A model generated the notes under the pieces. The model had not been told where the DNA came from. It saw nothing but the letters and a program-made list of their open reading frames with translations, and searched no databases. Shown in pieces: positions 26,301-40,200 of a DNA stretch of 64,000 bases. This stretch comes from Trichoplax adhaerens (taxonomy: Eukaryota > Animalia > Placozoa): positions 3,175,183 through 3,239,182 of the forward strand of contig NW_002060948.1 in NCBI RefSeq assembly GCF_000150275.1, given 5' to 3'. Both the position numbers and the translations under genes were made by a program. Each line of letters opens with the position of its first letter. Positions within the stretch are counted from its first letter, which is position 1.

Positions 26301-29188
26301 TGAATATTTCTTCTCGATCGAAAATGATTGTATGTTAACAAACAATGAAACATTTAAATTGTTAATGCACTATAACAGGTATGAACGTTGGGCATTTACG
26401 AAGGTGTATTGCTCTCTAGAAGGGATATTAGACACTTAATTTTTCAGATCCCTATCATTTGCTTTCTTCTATTCTTTTTATCCCATTAGCAATGCTAATT
26501 TTTTAATTAGTAGTAATTAATTTTTTGAAATCTAGCACTATAGTGTCACCTTTACTGTTTATATCCGGCCGGCTATGGTCCAATTTTTGGGGAGCTATTG
26601 ATCAGAATGGGTATTATGCAAGGTCGAAGGATTACATCGATATTGTTGAAGGTAGAAAGCGGTATGTTATTTAACGCTTTTAAGATATGCTACGGCATAA
26701 TATTAGATTGACGATCTATTCTTTACTTATAAACGATTACTTTTTATTTACATATAATAATATTTAAGCACGTAGTGTATCATTCAAGGGGATGTTAGCT
26801 ACTAGTATAATCTAGTAAGCATACTGTATGGTCATATCGTAAATAGTTTTAAATATCTTGTATGTAATCGAACACCAAGAATCACTTCATTGGTGCCTAT
26901 TTTTGTTGTTGTAGTTTAAATTCTGAGATACTGGTAATAAAGTAATTTACGAGTATAGATTATAGTAGTTTTCATAAAATTCTATATATAGGTCCATTAT
27001 AATTGCTTTCAGCTAGTGTCAGTTTTACTTTATAATTTATGTTACTCAACATTTCAATTAATAAATTTAAAGAGGAATTTGGAATGTTCCTTACATTCGA
27101 GGGGCTTATATGATCAATAAAAGTCATTTAAAGATGCCAGATCTAGCTTTCGATGAAGAAGGTGACTTTGATATGAAGTGGTGTGCAAAAATGCGAAAAT
27201 CGGTAGGCATATTTACCTTGACTTTAATATTTGCCATCACGTATGGTAGGTGTCGACAAAACCTGACTTGATATTATCTATTTTTATGCTATAGGGTACC
27301 TTCATGTATGTTAATAATATGCAAATATTTGGTCATTTACTAAATTTAAAGAGCTATTCTATAGATCATTTGCATAATGATTTATATCAAATCATCGACA
27401 ATCAACCTGTAAGTAGAAGACGATAGGTAGCAGCTTAACTACTCTAAGCTTGCCTTTTACATTTTTGCTTTTGGGCCAAATTTTTGAATTTCATATGTAA
27501 AAATAAACTAGATTCGCTTTGAAAGCTGAAATTGAATTTTTAAAGTACCAATTTTGATCTTAGCTCTTGTCGCTTTTCAAATCAGCCACAATCAGATTTT
27601 CAAGACTATCCATCACTTTTAAATCTATTTTATTTCATTACGCCTTTTATTTTTTTACAACATACGCAAATAAATTATAATAGTTTGACTCAGTTCCACA
27701 TTAATCTCAATAGGCAATTTTACTGTCATTTGATTAAATAAGTATTGTCACTTTTTCATTTATTATTGCACCGTAAATTTGCCGCTAAAGTAAGTGCGTG
27801 AACATGCACAATTGCGTGCATTAGGCATTAAATGCTTTCCTTGATATCTTATTATAAATAGGATTGGGAAGCAAAGTATATACACGAGAATTACTCAATC
27901 AATTTGAGGGATGATCATGAAATTCAAATGGTATAGTGAGAAATGAAACATCAATCAACTTTAGCACAAAAACTATTTATTTTGATCAGTTATTAACATG
28001 ATTGTTTCTTAATTGAAACCGTTTATTTGTTGTGCATTCCATTTGTGATAGCCATGCTCCGATGTCTATTGGTTTCCAGTTGTATCTGAAATTTTTTGTA
28101 AACATCTGGTGGAGGTCAGTATCCAATAACATTAGCAATCATCGGTTTCTTAGATTGCGTTTCTTAAATATTCTATCTTCCTTTTTGCAATAGGAAATGG
28201 AAAATTTTGGCCAATGGTCCGCCGGAGGCCATAAAGTACTGTATTTAATCGTAATGTTGGTTTTTGTCAGAGATTATGGTTAAAACCCTCTCATACATTA
28301 CCGTTGTAACTATCCAACCTAATACCTTACAGTCCTTCTGAATGAACTAATAGATCACAAACTTATCGTTTATCTGTTTATTTAGGATAGTCGGTTGGAT
28401 GGAGGCTATGAAAATGTTCCGACGCGCGACATTCATTTGAAACAAGTTATACGAACTATAGCACATCTACGTCTATTTTCCCTAAATATCTATTAACTTA
28501 TCAAACTTTGGCAACCGTCGTTATGTGTTTCTCTTTTTAGATCAATTTAGAACAGCAATGGCTCTATTTTTTACAGAAATATATCGTCCCTATACAAGCT
28601 AAAGTTTACCCCGGATTTTATTCCAAAGTAAACATTTCATAATTATATTCGAATACTCTAAGTATATCAACTTTAACAAGTATCTGCACAATGTTGATAC
28701 ATTTAAGCTCAAGTTCAAGTATTTTTCGATGGTCAAATATTAATCGTTAACTTTTCAATCTATGGATGAATTTTAATTTTAGGGCCATGCTTTTATGAAT
28801 TTTGTTGTAAGGTATCATCCTACAGGGCAGCCATCACTGCGCCCTCACCATGATGCATCGACCTATACCATTAATATTGCACTAACGAGGGCAGGAATAG
28901 ATCATGAGGTTCAGCCTATGCATACCAGTAGATTAGTTAAAATCCGATTCTACGAAAGTAACGCATAATTTCAACTTTAATGAAGTTTATGATAACGATA
29001 TCGTTTCTGCTTATGATTGAACAATAAATTAGGGTGGAGGTTGTCGATTTCTAAGACAAAATTGTAGCGTTGTTAACACTATGCTTGGATGGTCTCTGAT
29101 GCATCCAGGCAGATTAACCCATTATCATGAAGGATTACCAACTACTAAAGGGACAAGATATATTATGGTCTCGTTTATTGATCCTTGA
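23313..29188 (+). CDS. PLOD: Procollagen-lysine 2-oxoglutarate 5-dioxygenase, multifunctional LH3-type (glycosyltransferase + accessory + lysyl hydroxylase domains), 22 exons
   Basis: Signal-peptide exon [24 protein letters not shown] (23313-23385); GT motifs [52 protein letters not shown]; [20 protein letters not shown]; Fe-binding LRPHHDAST and [11 protein letters not shown]; ends [13 protein letters not shown] at 29188. Confidence 0.96.
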
Positions 29189-30137
29189 TTGGAGCATTTG
29201 AAGTATAGACAAAAGAATTAAGTGGAATCACCTTGAACACGCATACAATATTGCTTCTGTTTGTATCACTCACATTTAGCCAAAGCTGAAAAAGTATTTG
29301 CTGACTCTGTCTATTTTTTTTAAGTAATAAAATTAGTATACGTACTACACAATCATCTATACCGGTATACTCTTCTTTAATTTGCTGCAACTGTAGTTAA
29401 CTGATTTCTAATTTGTTGCTATTCTGATGTTAGATGCCCGTGTTGTAGAGTATTTTTTAATATTACCTACGATGCATCGCTGCTGCATTATGATTCATGC
29501 AGGTAATAAAATTATCTTTTTCGCCTACACAAATATCTATTATAGATACGACTCAGGTACTAAAAATACAAGCAAAGTCTTTCAAATTTATGCGCTTTCA
29601 TTCTTGCTCACTCCGTAGATTGATCCACTAAAAAATTTAGTATACGTAAGCGGTAAAATTAAATTTAAATAGGTACTCGTACATTTCATGATAAAGGCCC
29701 CCCCCCCCCAAAAAAAATAATAAGCATGACCGAATATGATTTAGTGACTGTTTTTCTTAACCTATTTTATAGCTGAAAATGATCGATTGATTATAATTTT
29801 AATTTTAAAACCTAGATTTTTGAACACAGTCTAACGTGTACCGTAGAGTCCTTAAAAGGACTGAAAACGCAAGCCGATCACGATCAAATGGTTGATTTTC
29901 TAACACGAATTTTGCCCTCGAATCAGGTTCAAGTCGGATTTCTGATTGATTTTTAATAAGGGATCATATTACACTTATTAGACGGACATAAGAGGACATC
30001 ATTGATCGGCAGAGCAGTTTCAGCAAGGTGTACTAAAATAAATAATCTCCCAACAACTTCACGATTGAGTGTACAGTACAGTACATGAGTGGCAATCTCG
30101 TGATAGAATTTGTTAAGGAATTCTACAGTATTTACTG

Positions 30138-30238
30138 AAAGTCAACTATCGCCGTTTCCAATTCTGATACAACGCCATTTTAAAAAACGACAAAAGATGG
30201 CGTTGAATCAGTAATTTCAAACGGCGATAGCTTACTTT
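30138..30238. repeat. ~100-bp imperfect inverted repeat (palindrome/hairpin)
   Basis: Left arm AAAGTCAACTATCGCCGTTTCCAATTCTGATACAACGCCATTTT; reverse complement of the right arm AAAGTAAGCTATCGCCGTTTGAAATTACTGATTCAACGCCATCTTT; short A-rich loop. Confidence 0.9.
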
Positions 30239-30444
30239 TAGTAGACAGAATTCCTTCTAATTTCATAAGAGGAGGCTGCCAGTGATGTGCTTAGTGAAGC
30301 TGTTAGGTAATGACTAACTTTAAAAATAATTTTTGAACACAATCTATGCACACTGTGCAGTACTACCATACTGTTCGTGCTGGAAATGTGTCTGGATAAG
30401 TCACAAAATATCGCAAATAAAGAGGAGTGCGATAATCGCATGAT

Positions 30445-30495
30445 ATTATAGATCATAAAGGTATCGAACCGAACCGAACCGCTCTCAGGTCTAAT
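30445..30495 (+). repeat. Dispersed copy of the satellite insertion module seen at ~397-436 and ~619-668
   Basis: ATTATAGATCATAAAGGTATCGAACCGAACCGAACCGCTCTCAGGTCTAAT versus ATTATAGATCATCACGGTTTGAACCGAACCGAACCGAACTCAGGTCTAGT. Confidence 0.85.
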
Positions 30496-30539
30496 CGCAT
30501 CGCATCAAAAATGGAGATCGACGCTGCTGTCCTGCTCAA

Positions 30540-31120
30540 TGTACCGTACGTACGTACGTCTGTCGTCGGTACTGGCAGCCTGTACAATGTACTGTAGGTT
30601 GTACAGTACTGTACTGTACAATGCACAATGTGCTGCATTGAGCCTTCGACTGAATAATTCTTCGATCATAACATGGGCCATTAAAATGTCCTCCACGTTA
30701 GTTCAAGAGTACAACCAGATGCAACTAACTTGAACTAACAGTCCCCGACAGCATCGAGGGGCAACCAAGCAATTAAATAGCCGATTTAATAGAAAACATG
30801 GAAAAATAATGCTAAACAACGTAAGTCGGTTTGTTCTATTACAGAACAACCGTGGAGCATGGACTACAGTACAGTACTGTACTGTACAGGGCCTACAGTA
30901 CACTGAGTACAGTACCGTACTGTACTGTAGTCATGATCGTGAAGAGTACGCATGTGCATAATATAACTTATGATGGATGGATGGTTGCAGAGTGAAGTAG
31001 AGTGTTGTTAACAGTGACTAGTGTCCATACTGTACTAACTTAAAACTGTCCACTACTATCCATTAGTATGAGCTGAGCTGACGGCTGTCTGCGGCATGCC
31101 TACAGTACAGTACAGTCCAG
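30540..31120. promoter_or_regulatory. ACAGT/GTAC-rich region upstream of MTOR (candidate promoter)
   Basis: Clusters of tacagtac/gtactgta at ~30540-30625, ~30863-30930 and ~31101-31115, within 700 bp of the MTOR ATG. Confidence 0.45.
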
Positions 31121-31203
31121 TAAAGCAAAAACAGGCAACAATCTATGCGCAAACGCATGCTTGACTATCAACATAGTAGACTTTCCTAGCCGACGACGGT
31201 GTT

Positions 31204-34200
31204 ATGGCCGATAAATTCATCGTTGGATTGAAAAGTCGGAGCGATGAAGTCCGATTAAGGGCTGCCAAAGAATTACAACGCTCGATAACAACAGAATTAC
31301 GTGAAGTATCCAATGAAGAATATCAAAGCTTTTGGGATGAGTTAAATCATCAAATTTTTGAGTTAGTTTCAAGTAGTGATGTCCACGAGAAAAAAGGAGG
31401 CATTTTGGCAATAAGTAAGTTGTTGATGGAAAGATGGACGTGTAGCGTCATGATTGATAGCAATCGCTCGATATTATCAAAAGTTATACTGGTATAGAGT
31501 AGAACAATGTATTAAGAGCTAAAAGTGAGCTTATTCTGAACTAACTGCTTGTCATGTTCAATAGAATAACAATCCAGTAGTTGATTATCTTCCATGCTGC
31601 TGCTTTTAACTGTAGCTTGTGCCGTACAACACTGGTGCAATGAGCAGTATTACAGTATCAATTATACTGTACTGTACTTGCTTTGCATCTTGGACTTGAC
31701 AGCAGAGTACCAGTGTTTATATGCTGTAATAGTGTCATTAAAAAGAAGTTTTATCATTGTAAACTCTTAAAACGTTTCATAAATAGACAACACTTGTAGC
31801 ATTTCTGTATATGCATAGTATAGTGGTAGCAATAACTGCCATAGTATACATTCCGATCTTTTTACAACAATAAGCAAGAGTAGCTAATACTGCTGTACTA
31901 CAGTATATTATTGTCTTATATACAGTAGGTCAAGTATTGTCATTATTGTAACAATTTGTCCTTTCATGGTACTTTCTAGTTAGTTTAATTGGTGTGGATG
32001 GAGGAAATGCTCCAACCAAGATTAGCCGATTTGCTAATTACTTGCGTAATCTATTGCCATCGAGTGATCCCTCTGTGATGGATATGGCTTCCAAGGCCGT
32101 AGGATTGTTAGCTTTAGCTGGTGGCACATTTACTGCTGAATATGTCGAATTTGAGGTTAAACGAGCTTTGGAATGGTTATCTGGTGAACGTCATGAAGGA
32201 AGGCGCTTAGCAGCGGTAGTTTGGAATTCTATATTGTGTATATTGCAATTGATATACCCATTGACTCCCCACTAATTACTTTTTTTCCACCTTATTAATT
32301 GATTCGATTGTAGGTTCTAGTTTTGCGTGAATTAGCGGTGAATGCTCCCACTTTTTTCTATCAGCAAGTCCAATCATTTTTTGATAATATCTTTAGTGCA
32401 GTCCGAGACCCTAAGGTACCTTGTGAAAATGGTTCTTCCAACTTTTTCAATGCCGGCTATAATTAAATAGAAGCAAATTGCGATATCATCAAGCAATCTT
32501 AAGAGCTACTCAGATACTAAAGATACTTGTACTTCGTATGATCATCACTATTATAATAATGTCAGAATTATAAATAATTATTATTATATCAATATTATTG
32601 ACAATAGCATGTTCCTTAATTAACTTCTTAACAACTCGTATTAGTAGTCAAGACCATTATAATCTTCGTTTCACACAATACTACGATACTGTAATCTGGG
32701 CAACGCTAATTGATCTATATCGTAAACAATAGCTGTTCAATTCATTCGCAAGACCTTACCTTTGCTAGTTATATATATATTAATATATCATTTGTAATTC
32801 GATCTGATGTCCTAGTGAACATTGACATTATAGTATTGATTGTTCGTATGGATACTAATTGTGTAATTTCTAATATATCTATTAGCAATCTATTCGAGAG
32901 GCAGCTGTAGAAGCCTTGCAAGCTTGCTTTGTACTTACATCTCAAAGAGAAACAAGTTCAGACCACTACCCTGTATGGTATCAGGTAATAAAGAGTTAAT
33001 ATACGTATTTAGGGTATCCTAAATTTAAAATCTAAGTCATTATATGTTATGTATCTTCAATTTTCAGTCTGCGTATGACGAAGCCTGGCGTGGATTTCGT
33101 GATCCTGGCTCTGGTAAAGAAAAAGGCGTTACTCTGAGCCGAGATGATAAAATGCATGGTTCGTTGTTAATCATTAACGAATTGTTAAGAGCAAGTAGTA
33201 GCGAAGGAGAGGTATGTAGTTCTAGCCTACAATATCAACTAAAATATCTCCACATGCCTATCCCTACCTTGCTTTTCATATACGTAATAAAATCGATCTA
33301 ATTTTAGCGATTGCGACGTGAAATGGAAGAAATTATGGTACAACAATCAACAGCTGGTGTTGTTATACGACAGCATCCAAGCATACAAAAGTCTGCAATG
33401 TATGGCAGCCCTGGTCAGCAGGCATTAAATTCCGGCCGATTTCTTGATTTATTTGATTCTGAGAATAGTACTAGTATTGATTCTAAGTTACGAAATCGCA
33501 TCGTCGGTTTCTGTCAAAGTCAATTTTGTCGGACATTCATGCTTACCAAATTCCCTGAGGTACGTTATGCAGTACTAATGTATTTCGTAACGCTCTACAT
33601 TTTCACCGGGACAAAACTGATGTACTTAGTCTATATCTGTTGATTTATATGCCCCCAAAAAGTAGTCATTGCACTTTCATTTAAATGGGTACTGCAGATT
33701 TATTTTCATATCCAGATGATTTTAATCAGTTACCTCTCATAGTTATATAGTATTTATTTTGAACTTTATCACCCAATTGTTAGATTTCTGTCCAAATCAT
33801 GAAATCTTTTCGAAATCATCGCAACAGCCTGATTCAGCAAACACTACTGATTATTTTACCTCGATTGTCTGCGTTCCAGCCGCAAAAATTTGTTGATACG
33901 TAAGTACAGTATTTTAGGCTAACTCGAAAGTTATCATTTTGGATAGAATAATTAGTCCCAACCAATAATTGTATCATTAATAGATGTTGATCTATACTTT
34001 GTTTTTATAGACTCTTGGATGATGCCATCAATCACTTACTGAGTTGTCTAAGGAAGGTGAGCGAAAATATTGTCACTACGTTTTCGTTTCGATATGTTCG
34101 CAATTCGCGCATTTTGTAAATATGCGAACTTCAAATTCAAATTTTTATAATTTCATTTGAATTTGTAATTTACAATACGGATTAATCTAGGACAAGGAAA

Positions 34201-37200
34201 GATCTTCCGCTTTTCTAGCTCTTGGATTATTAGCTGTCGCTGTAAAGAAAGATATTAAGCCATATATTACAAAAATTTTTGAGAATATTAAAGCTGCTTT
34301 GCCGCCCAAGGAAGTCGGACACAAGTGAGTACTCGTGATTTAAAATTATCCATTCCTATCCTGTTAACTGCTAATTTGACGGCTTCTGTTTTTGTAGGCG
34401 CCACAAAGTCGTTACAGTTGATCCATCAGTCTTCATTTGTATAAGTATGCTAGGGCGCGCTCTTGGTGTAGAGATCAAACGGGACATTCGAGAACTGATC
34501 GATCCAATGTTATCGGTCGGCATTAGGTATCCGTACCGTTCAATATCACCGCTACAGTATTTAAGATGTTGTAGTGCGACAGATACAGCAGTGATCATGA
34601 ACGTGACTTAACTTAGAAAATTTTTGTATTAGTATCCTTATTTACTTCATTTTATATCATTTATTGAAGTAAGTGTTAACGGTACCTGCTTTTAATCAGA
34701 TAAAATGTTACGTAATTGCACATGCGTCTTACAAAAAACATTTAAAGTGAATAAGATTGTTACTTACGCTTTAAAATCTATTCGAAGATATATAACTGTT
34801 TACAATGCTTTAATGTTTCTGTAGCTTTGATTAGATTTGATTATTTCAATAGCTTATTGATAGCATATAGATTGTAGAGCTATACAAGTAAAGACTACAA
34901 TATTCACAAAACATATTTTGCTGGATCTGTGAATGCGATGAAATTGTTTTCTCATTGTTAATCTTGCGTAACTTTCAGCTCTAGTCTCGTTGCCTCTTTA
35001 CGGGATATCTCAGTTCAAATTCCTCCTTTAAAAAACGATATACAAGAAGGTTTACTTAAAATCTTATCGGTCGTACTAATGCATAAGCCTTTGCATCATC
35101 CTGGTATGCCCAAAAGTATGATTCCGGCTCTATCAAAGTCCGGTTAGTAGATATTGTATAGTCATTTTTTTAATGCTGTACTAGTGGGCTTTTTTATTAA
35201 TTAAGCTTGCGACCTTCCTCGTTGATAATCTGTATCATGTAGATGACGTCTCTGATGTAACTACCATTACTCTCGCTATACGTTGCCTTGTTAATTTCGA
35301 CTTTGAAGGTACGGACATCAGTACACGTTGTTGCTCGCACCTAATGTAAATCTAATTCTTTCTACTACTAACTGGGATTATTTTTAGGAAAGTCTCTTAC
35401 AGAATTTATCAAGTATTGCGCAGAGAATTATTTATTTAATGACAATAGAATTATTAGAATAGAGGCAGTGCGGACATGCTCTCAATTATTAAAACCAATA
35501 CCGCACGTAAGTGATAGAACGACATGTGCAATTCTAATGCTATTTTCGCTCGTTTATCGGCTTGAGGGCTACTTCAAAGCCAAAGCTGCCATAAACACTG
35601 AAACTAAGCGTTCTTGTTCTTATCGTTATTATTTACTTATAGCCTCTTGTTCTTGGCCAGCAGTATGACGTCGTTAGTACAAATTCAATGCATTTAGTTA
35701 ATGAAATATTAATGAAATTACTTACGGTTGGAATAACAGACCCGGGTAAGCGAGTGCAAATGATGAAGCCATTTGGATTTATAATTTGTAATGTAACGTT
35801 TGAAATTATGCAACTAAATGATAAGAAATTGTCTGTAGATCCCGACACTCGATATTGTGTTATGTCATCGTTGGACGAAAAATTTGATACCTATTTGGCC
35901 CAGGCTGAAAATTTGCAAATGCTTTTCATTGCTATTAATGATGAGGTAAAAGAATCATGTATAAGAAGTATTGAAATTCTACTGTTAATTTCAGTCTTTG
36001 CATAATCATGATCAAATCTTTAGGTATTCGAGATTAGAGAGCTAGCGTTATGCCATATTGGACGTTTAAGTAGTCTTAATCCAGCGTACATTATGCCATC
36101 CTTGCGAAAGACTCTAATGCAGGTAAAAAGTCTTCTAAAACCCCGCAATGTATAAGTACAGTATTCTTAGAGTCTATATCGTGCTTCAATAATTACATAG
36201 TTGTTTTATATATTGTTTTAGATATTAACAGAGCTTAAATTTAGTGGACTTGGTCGCAATAAGGAACAAAGTGCTCGCCTGTTAAGTCTCTTAATATCGA
36301 ATGCTCCTCGCCTAACCAGACCATACGTCAAGCCAATTATAAATACCTTATTACCCAAGCTCAAAGAAAATGATCCTAACCCAGCTGTTGTTGTCAATGT
36401 CTTATCAGCAGTAGGCGAGCAAGCACAGGTAGTTTTGTTAAGGTTTTAGTAGCGAGCGTTTACTTATATATTGACTTTATGCACATTCTTTAATGCAATA
36501 AGTGTACGTACTTTGTAGGTCAGTGGAGAAGAATTAATAGAATGGATAGAAGACTTGTTCCCTATTATTTTGGATATACTGCAGGATTCCTCCAGTTCTT
36601 CTCTAAACAAACGTGAAGTAAGTTCAAATTGTTATGTATATATGCTTCGTCTCTCGGTCACTTGTTAATTACTTGATATGCCCAATTGTTAGGTTGCTTT
36701 GCGTACCATGGGTCAGGTTGTCGAAAGTACTGGGTACGTTGTTGATTAGCAATATTAACGCAGTATAACCAATCTGTATGAAATGTTTTTGTTCTGTGCG
36801 TAAAGTCAATTCATTTTAGAAATCTAAATAATATAAACCTTATGGACATGATTATACCATATCCATTGCGGTCAACAGATTGTGTATCATTGAAAATCTG
36901 TCTTATAAAAAGTCCTACGCCAAAGATTACGATCTATTAAATCTTCATACTACTGCAATGTAATGAATCTCTTAATGAATTCAAAAATTAATCAAAGGTC
37001 GTCCTGATTTATAGATATGTTGTCGAACCCTATAGTCGATATCCGAACTTATTGGAGACTTTGCTTAGCTTTCTGAAGACAGAGCAGAGTAAGAGTATAC
37101 GGAGAGAAGTAAGCGGTCTGCAGCTAGAATTATTTAACCAATTGTGGATGAAATTAAATTCTTAAATCCATTTTGTTTCCATCAGACTGTTAGAGTATTA

Positions 37201-40200
37201 GGTCTTTTGGGAGCTCTCGATCCTTATAAACACAAGGTTGATCGAATGAAAAGATCGAGCGATATTTACAATGTTCAAGATGTTCTCATTCCGGAAACTA
37301 AAGGATTAGCAGATCCTTCCAGTATCGGTAATAGACTTGCAATTTTGCGGTTGCTATTGTAGTTTAGAAAGTCTATTTATAAGTTATCCAACTCTTAAAT
37401 ATCTATCGGGAATGATTTATCTCATCTATTTTCCGAAATAAATGTGTTTAATACATCACTAGGTGAATTAAATGTGACAGAGATGCTCGTTTCAATGAGC
37501 TCTGTGCAAATGGATGAATTCTATCCAGCTGTGGCGATAGCGGCTTTAATGAGAATCCTTAAAGATTCATCTCTATCGTCTCATCATAGTATGGTAGTTC
37601 AAGTACGTCAACCTAACTACCTAACTGTATTAGCTATTCTGAAACATTTTTAAGCGATACTTTATTGTGAAAATTAATTTGGTGATAAAATGTTTTGATA
37701 GGCCTTCAGTTTTATCATCAAGAGTCTTAAAATCAAATGTGTGGCTTTTCTACCACAGGTGAATAAACACTTAATGAGGATCTTATACAGTAGATGTTAG
37801 AAATCTAAATACTAAAGCAACACATTTTTTTGTAAACTTAGATTGTACCTACATTTCTAAATGTTGCGAGATCATGTGATACCACTCTGAAGGAAGTGAG
37901 TGAGATAAAAACTGCAATAAGACATACTGATAATTAAATCGTGTAGCGAGACATTAACTTATTGCTCCTTTCGCTATTTTAGTCTTTGCTTCAGAAGCTG
38001 GGTGTACTTATCTCTCTTGCTAAACAACACATTAGAAATTACCTGGTAGATATCTTCCAATTAATTCAGGTAATGTAGATATTGAGCCTTTGTTACCCTT
38101 AAAATATCAATTTTTGACATTAGTACTTAAATCCTTGTCTACAATTAATGAATATACGATATAGTTGCTATCAAAAATGCCGAAATTCTTAAAATATTTT
38201 AATAATTAAATATCATGGATATAAACTCTGTATGGTATTGTGCTATCCATCTTGATGTAGGAATGTTGGACAGTTAATAATCCTATGCAAAACACGATTA
38301 TAGCTTTGCTAGAGCAAATGGCAATAGCTCTAGGAAGTGAATTTAAGGTATTATTTGTTCTGAACTTCTTTACTATCTATGCACTTATTTATAGTAAAAC
38401 AACTTACTATATTCTGTCCTAATTATATCCTAGGTTTATCTGCCTCAAATTATACCGCAGATATTGAAAACCTTTATTCACGATAATAGCCATAATCAAA
38501 TTGTTACAAATAAGGTATATGTTTTCATAGGATGGTTATCACCATGTCATTTTGTCGATAATTATGATAGACTTCGAAGCTAATTACGTTATTTATTTCT
38601 CTTTGCCTTTTTAAGCTTTTAATTGCATTGCAATCATTTGGTAGCAACTTAGACGACTATCTTCATCTACTGTTACCACCTATCGTGAAACTTTTCGATT
38701 CCAGTAATCAAGATATATCGTTAACCGTACGAAAGTATGTCTGCTTTTATGAACCTACTTATGCCCCTAAATTTTGTTATTCTTTAGAAAGTATTTTTGC
38801 TCGCAATGGTTAATTTCAATTCTCTCATGCTTTTTAGAACATCATTGGAAACTATCGATAAACTAATCGAATCATTAGACTTCACCGATTATGCGTCGCG
38901 CCTCATTCACCCAATTATCCGTGCAATTGATACCTTGCCCGAAGTCAGATCGTCTGCGATGGACGTCCTGTGCTCTTTAGCATCACAATTTAATGGCAAA
39001 TACAAAATATTTATTTCTATGGTAAACAAGGTAGGGAAAGATAATATTGCCTCTTGATCGAAATTGTCTTATTTGCGTTAATACATTTAACGCTTCCTTG
39101 AATTTTAATAGGTATTGCAAAAACATAGGATACAACACTTAAAGTACGAAAGTGTTGTCAGTAAAGTTTTGAAGGTAATTGTATTGCAATATTTACGTTA
39201 TAAGCTACTCTAAAGCTATCTAGGTCTTTAAAATTTGGCTGTGTTTCGTTTTCCTGTTATCGTATAGAGTTCTCATACAGTTGACTCTGAATCAGTATTT
39301 TCGGCTCGCCCGCGGCGTTCGACAACTTTAATGTCCGAAATGGCTACTACTAATAATACTGAGAACAATACCATAAAAAAGCTCTATGTTAGCGCTGATA
39401 ACTTGAAAAGGGTCAGTTACTGTAGATATTACAACAGATTTTAAAAATTATTCGATTGCGGCATTCTATCGATGTCCGGATCTCAGTAGAGTTTATCTTT
39501 CAAAAGGCCTGGGAACCTGGAAGACGCGTTAATAAAGATGACTGGACAGAATGGCTAAGACGGCTGAGCGTTGAATTGTTGAAAGAATCACCTTCTCCAG
39601 CATTACGATCTTGTTGGTCTTTAGCTCAAGCTTATAGCCCGCTTGCTAGGTCATATAAACTTAAGCGATATAATCTGAAATAGTTATTGATAGTGCTAAA
39701 GTTTTGTCATTTAACATACAGAGACCTTTTTAATGCCGCATTTGTTTCATGTTGGTCTGAATTAAATGAAGAACAGCAGGTTTGTGATCATGGAATTTAT
39801 ATAGAAAAGTATATGGTAGATGTCTTCTTGTATTAGCTGCACTATGGCTTAAAATCAGAATTTAAAACAGGATGAGTTAGTGCAAAGTATTGAAAAGGCT
39901 TTGGAGTCTCAAAACAATCCTGAAATTACTCAAGCCTTGCTTAATCTTGCCGAATTCATGGAACATTGCGATAAGGTAATCTTTCTTCAACTTCACTTTT
40001 AATATACAACAATGAGGCGATAATTTTGCGTATATTGTTATCAAAAAATAGGGCCCATTGCCACTCAACAATAATGAGTTACTAGGTGACTGTGCTTTAA
40101 GGTGTAGAGCATATGCTAAAGCTCTCCATTACAAAGAGGAAGAGTTTCATCGAGAGCCGACTCCGAAAACATTAGAGACATTGATAGGGTACAATCTTTA

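Noticed and set aside
29698-29709. Poly-C run possibly pairing with the poly-G after the gap as element ends
   Set aside because: Flanking similarity is too weak beyond the homopolymers.
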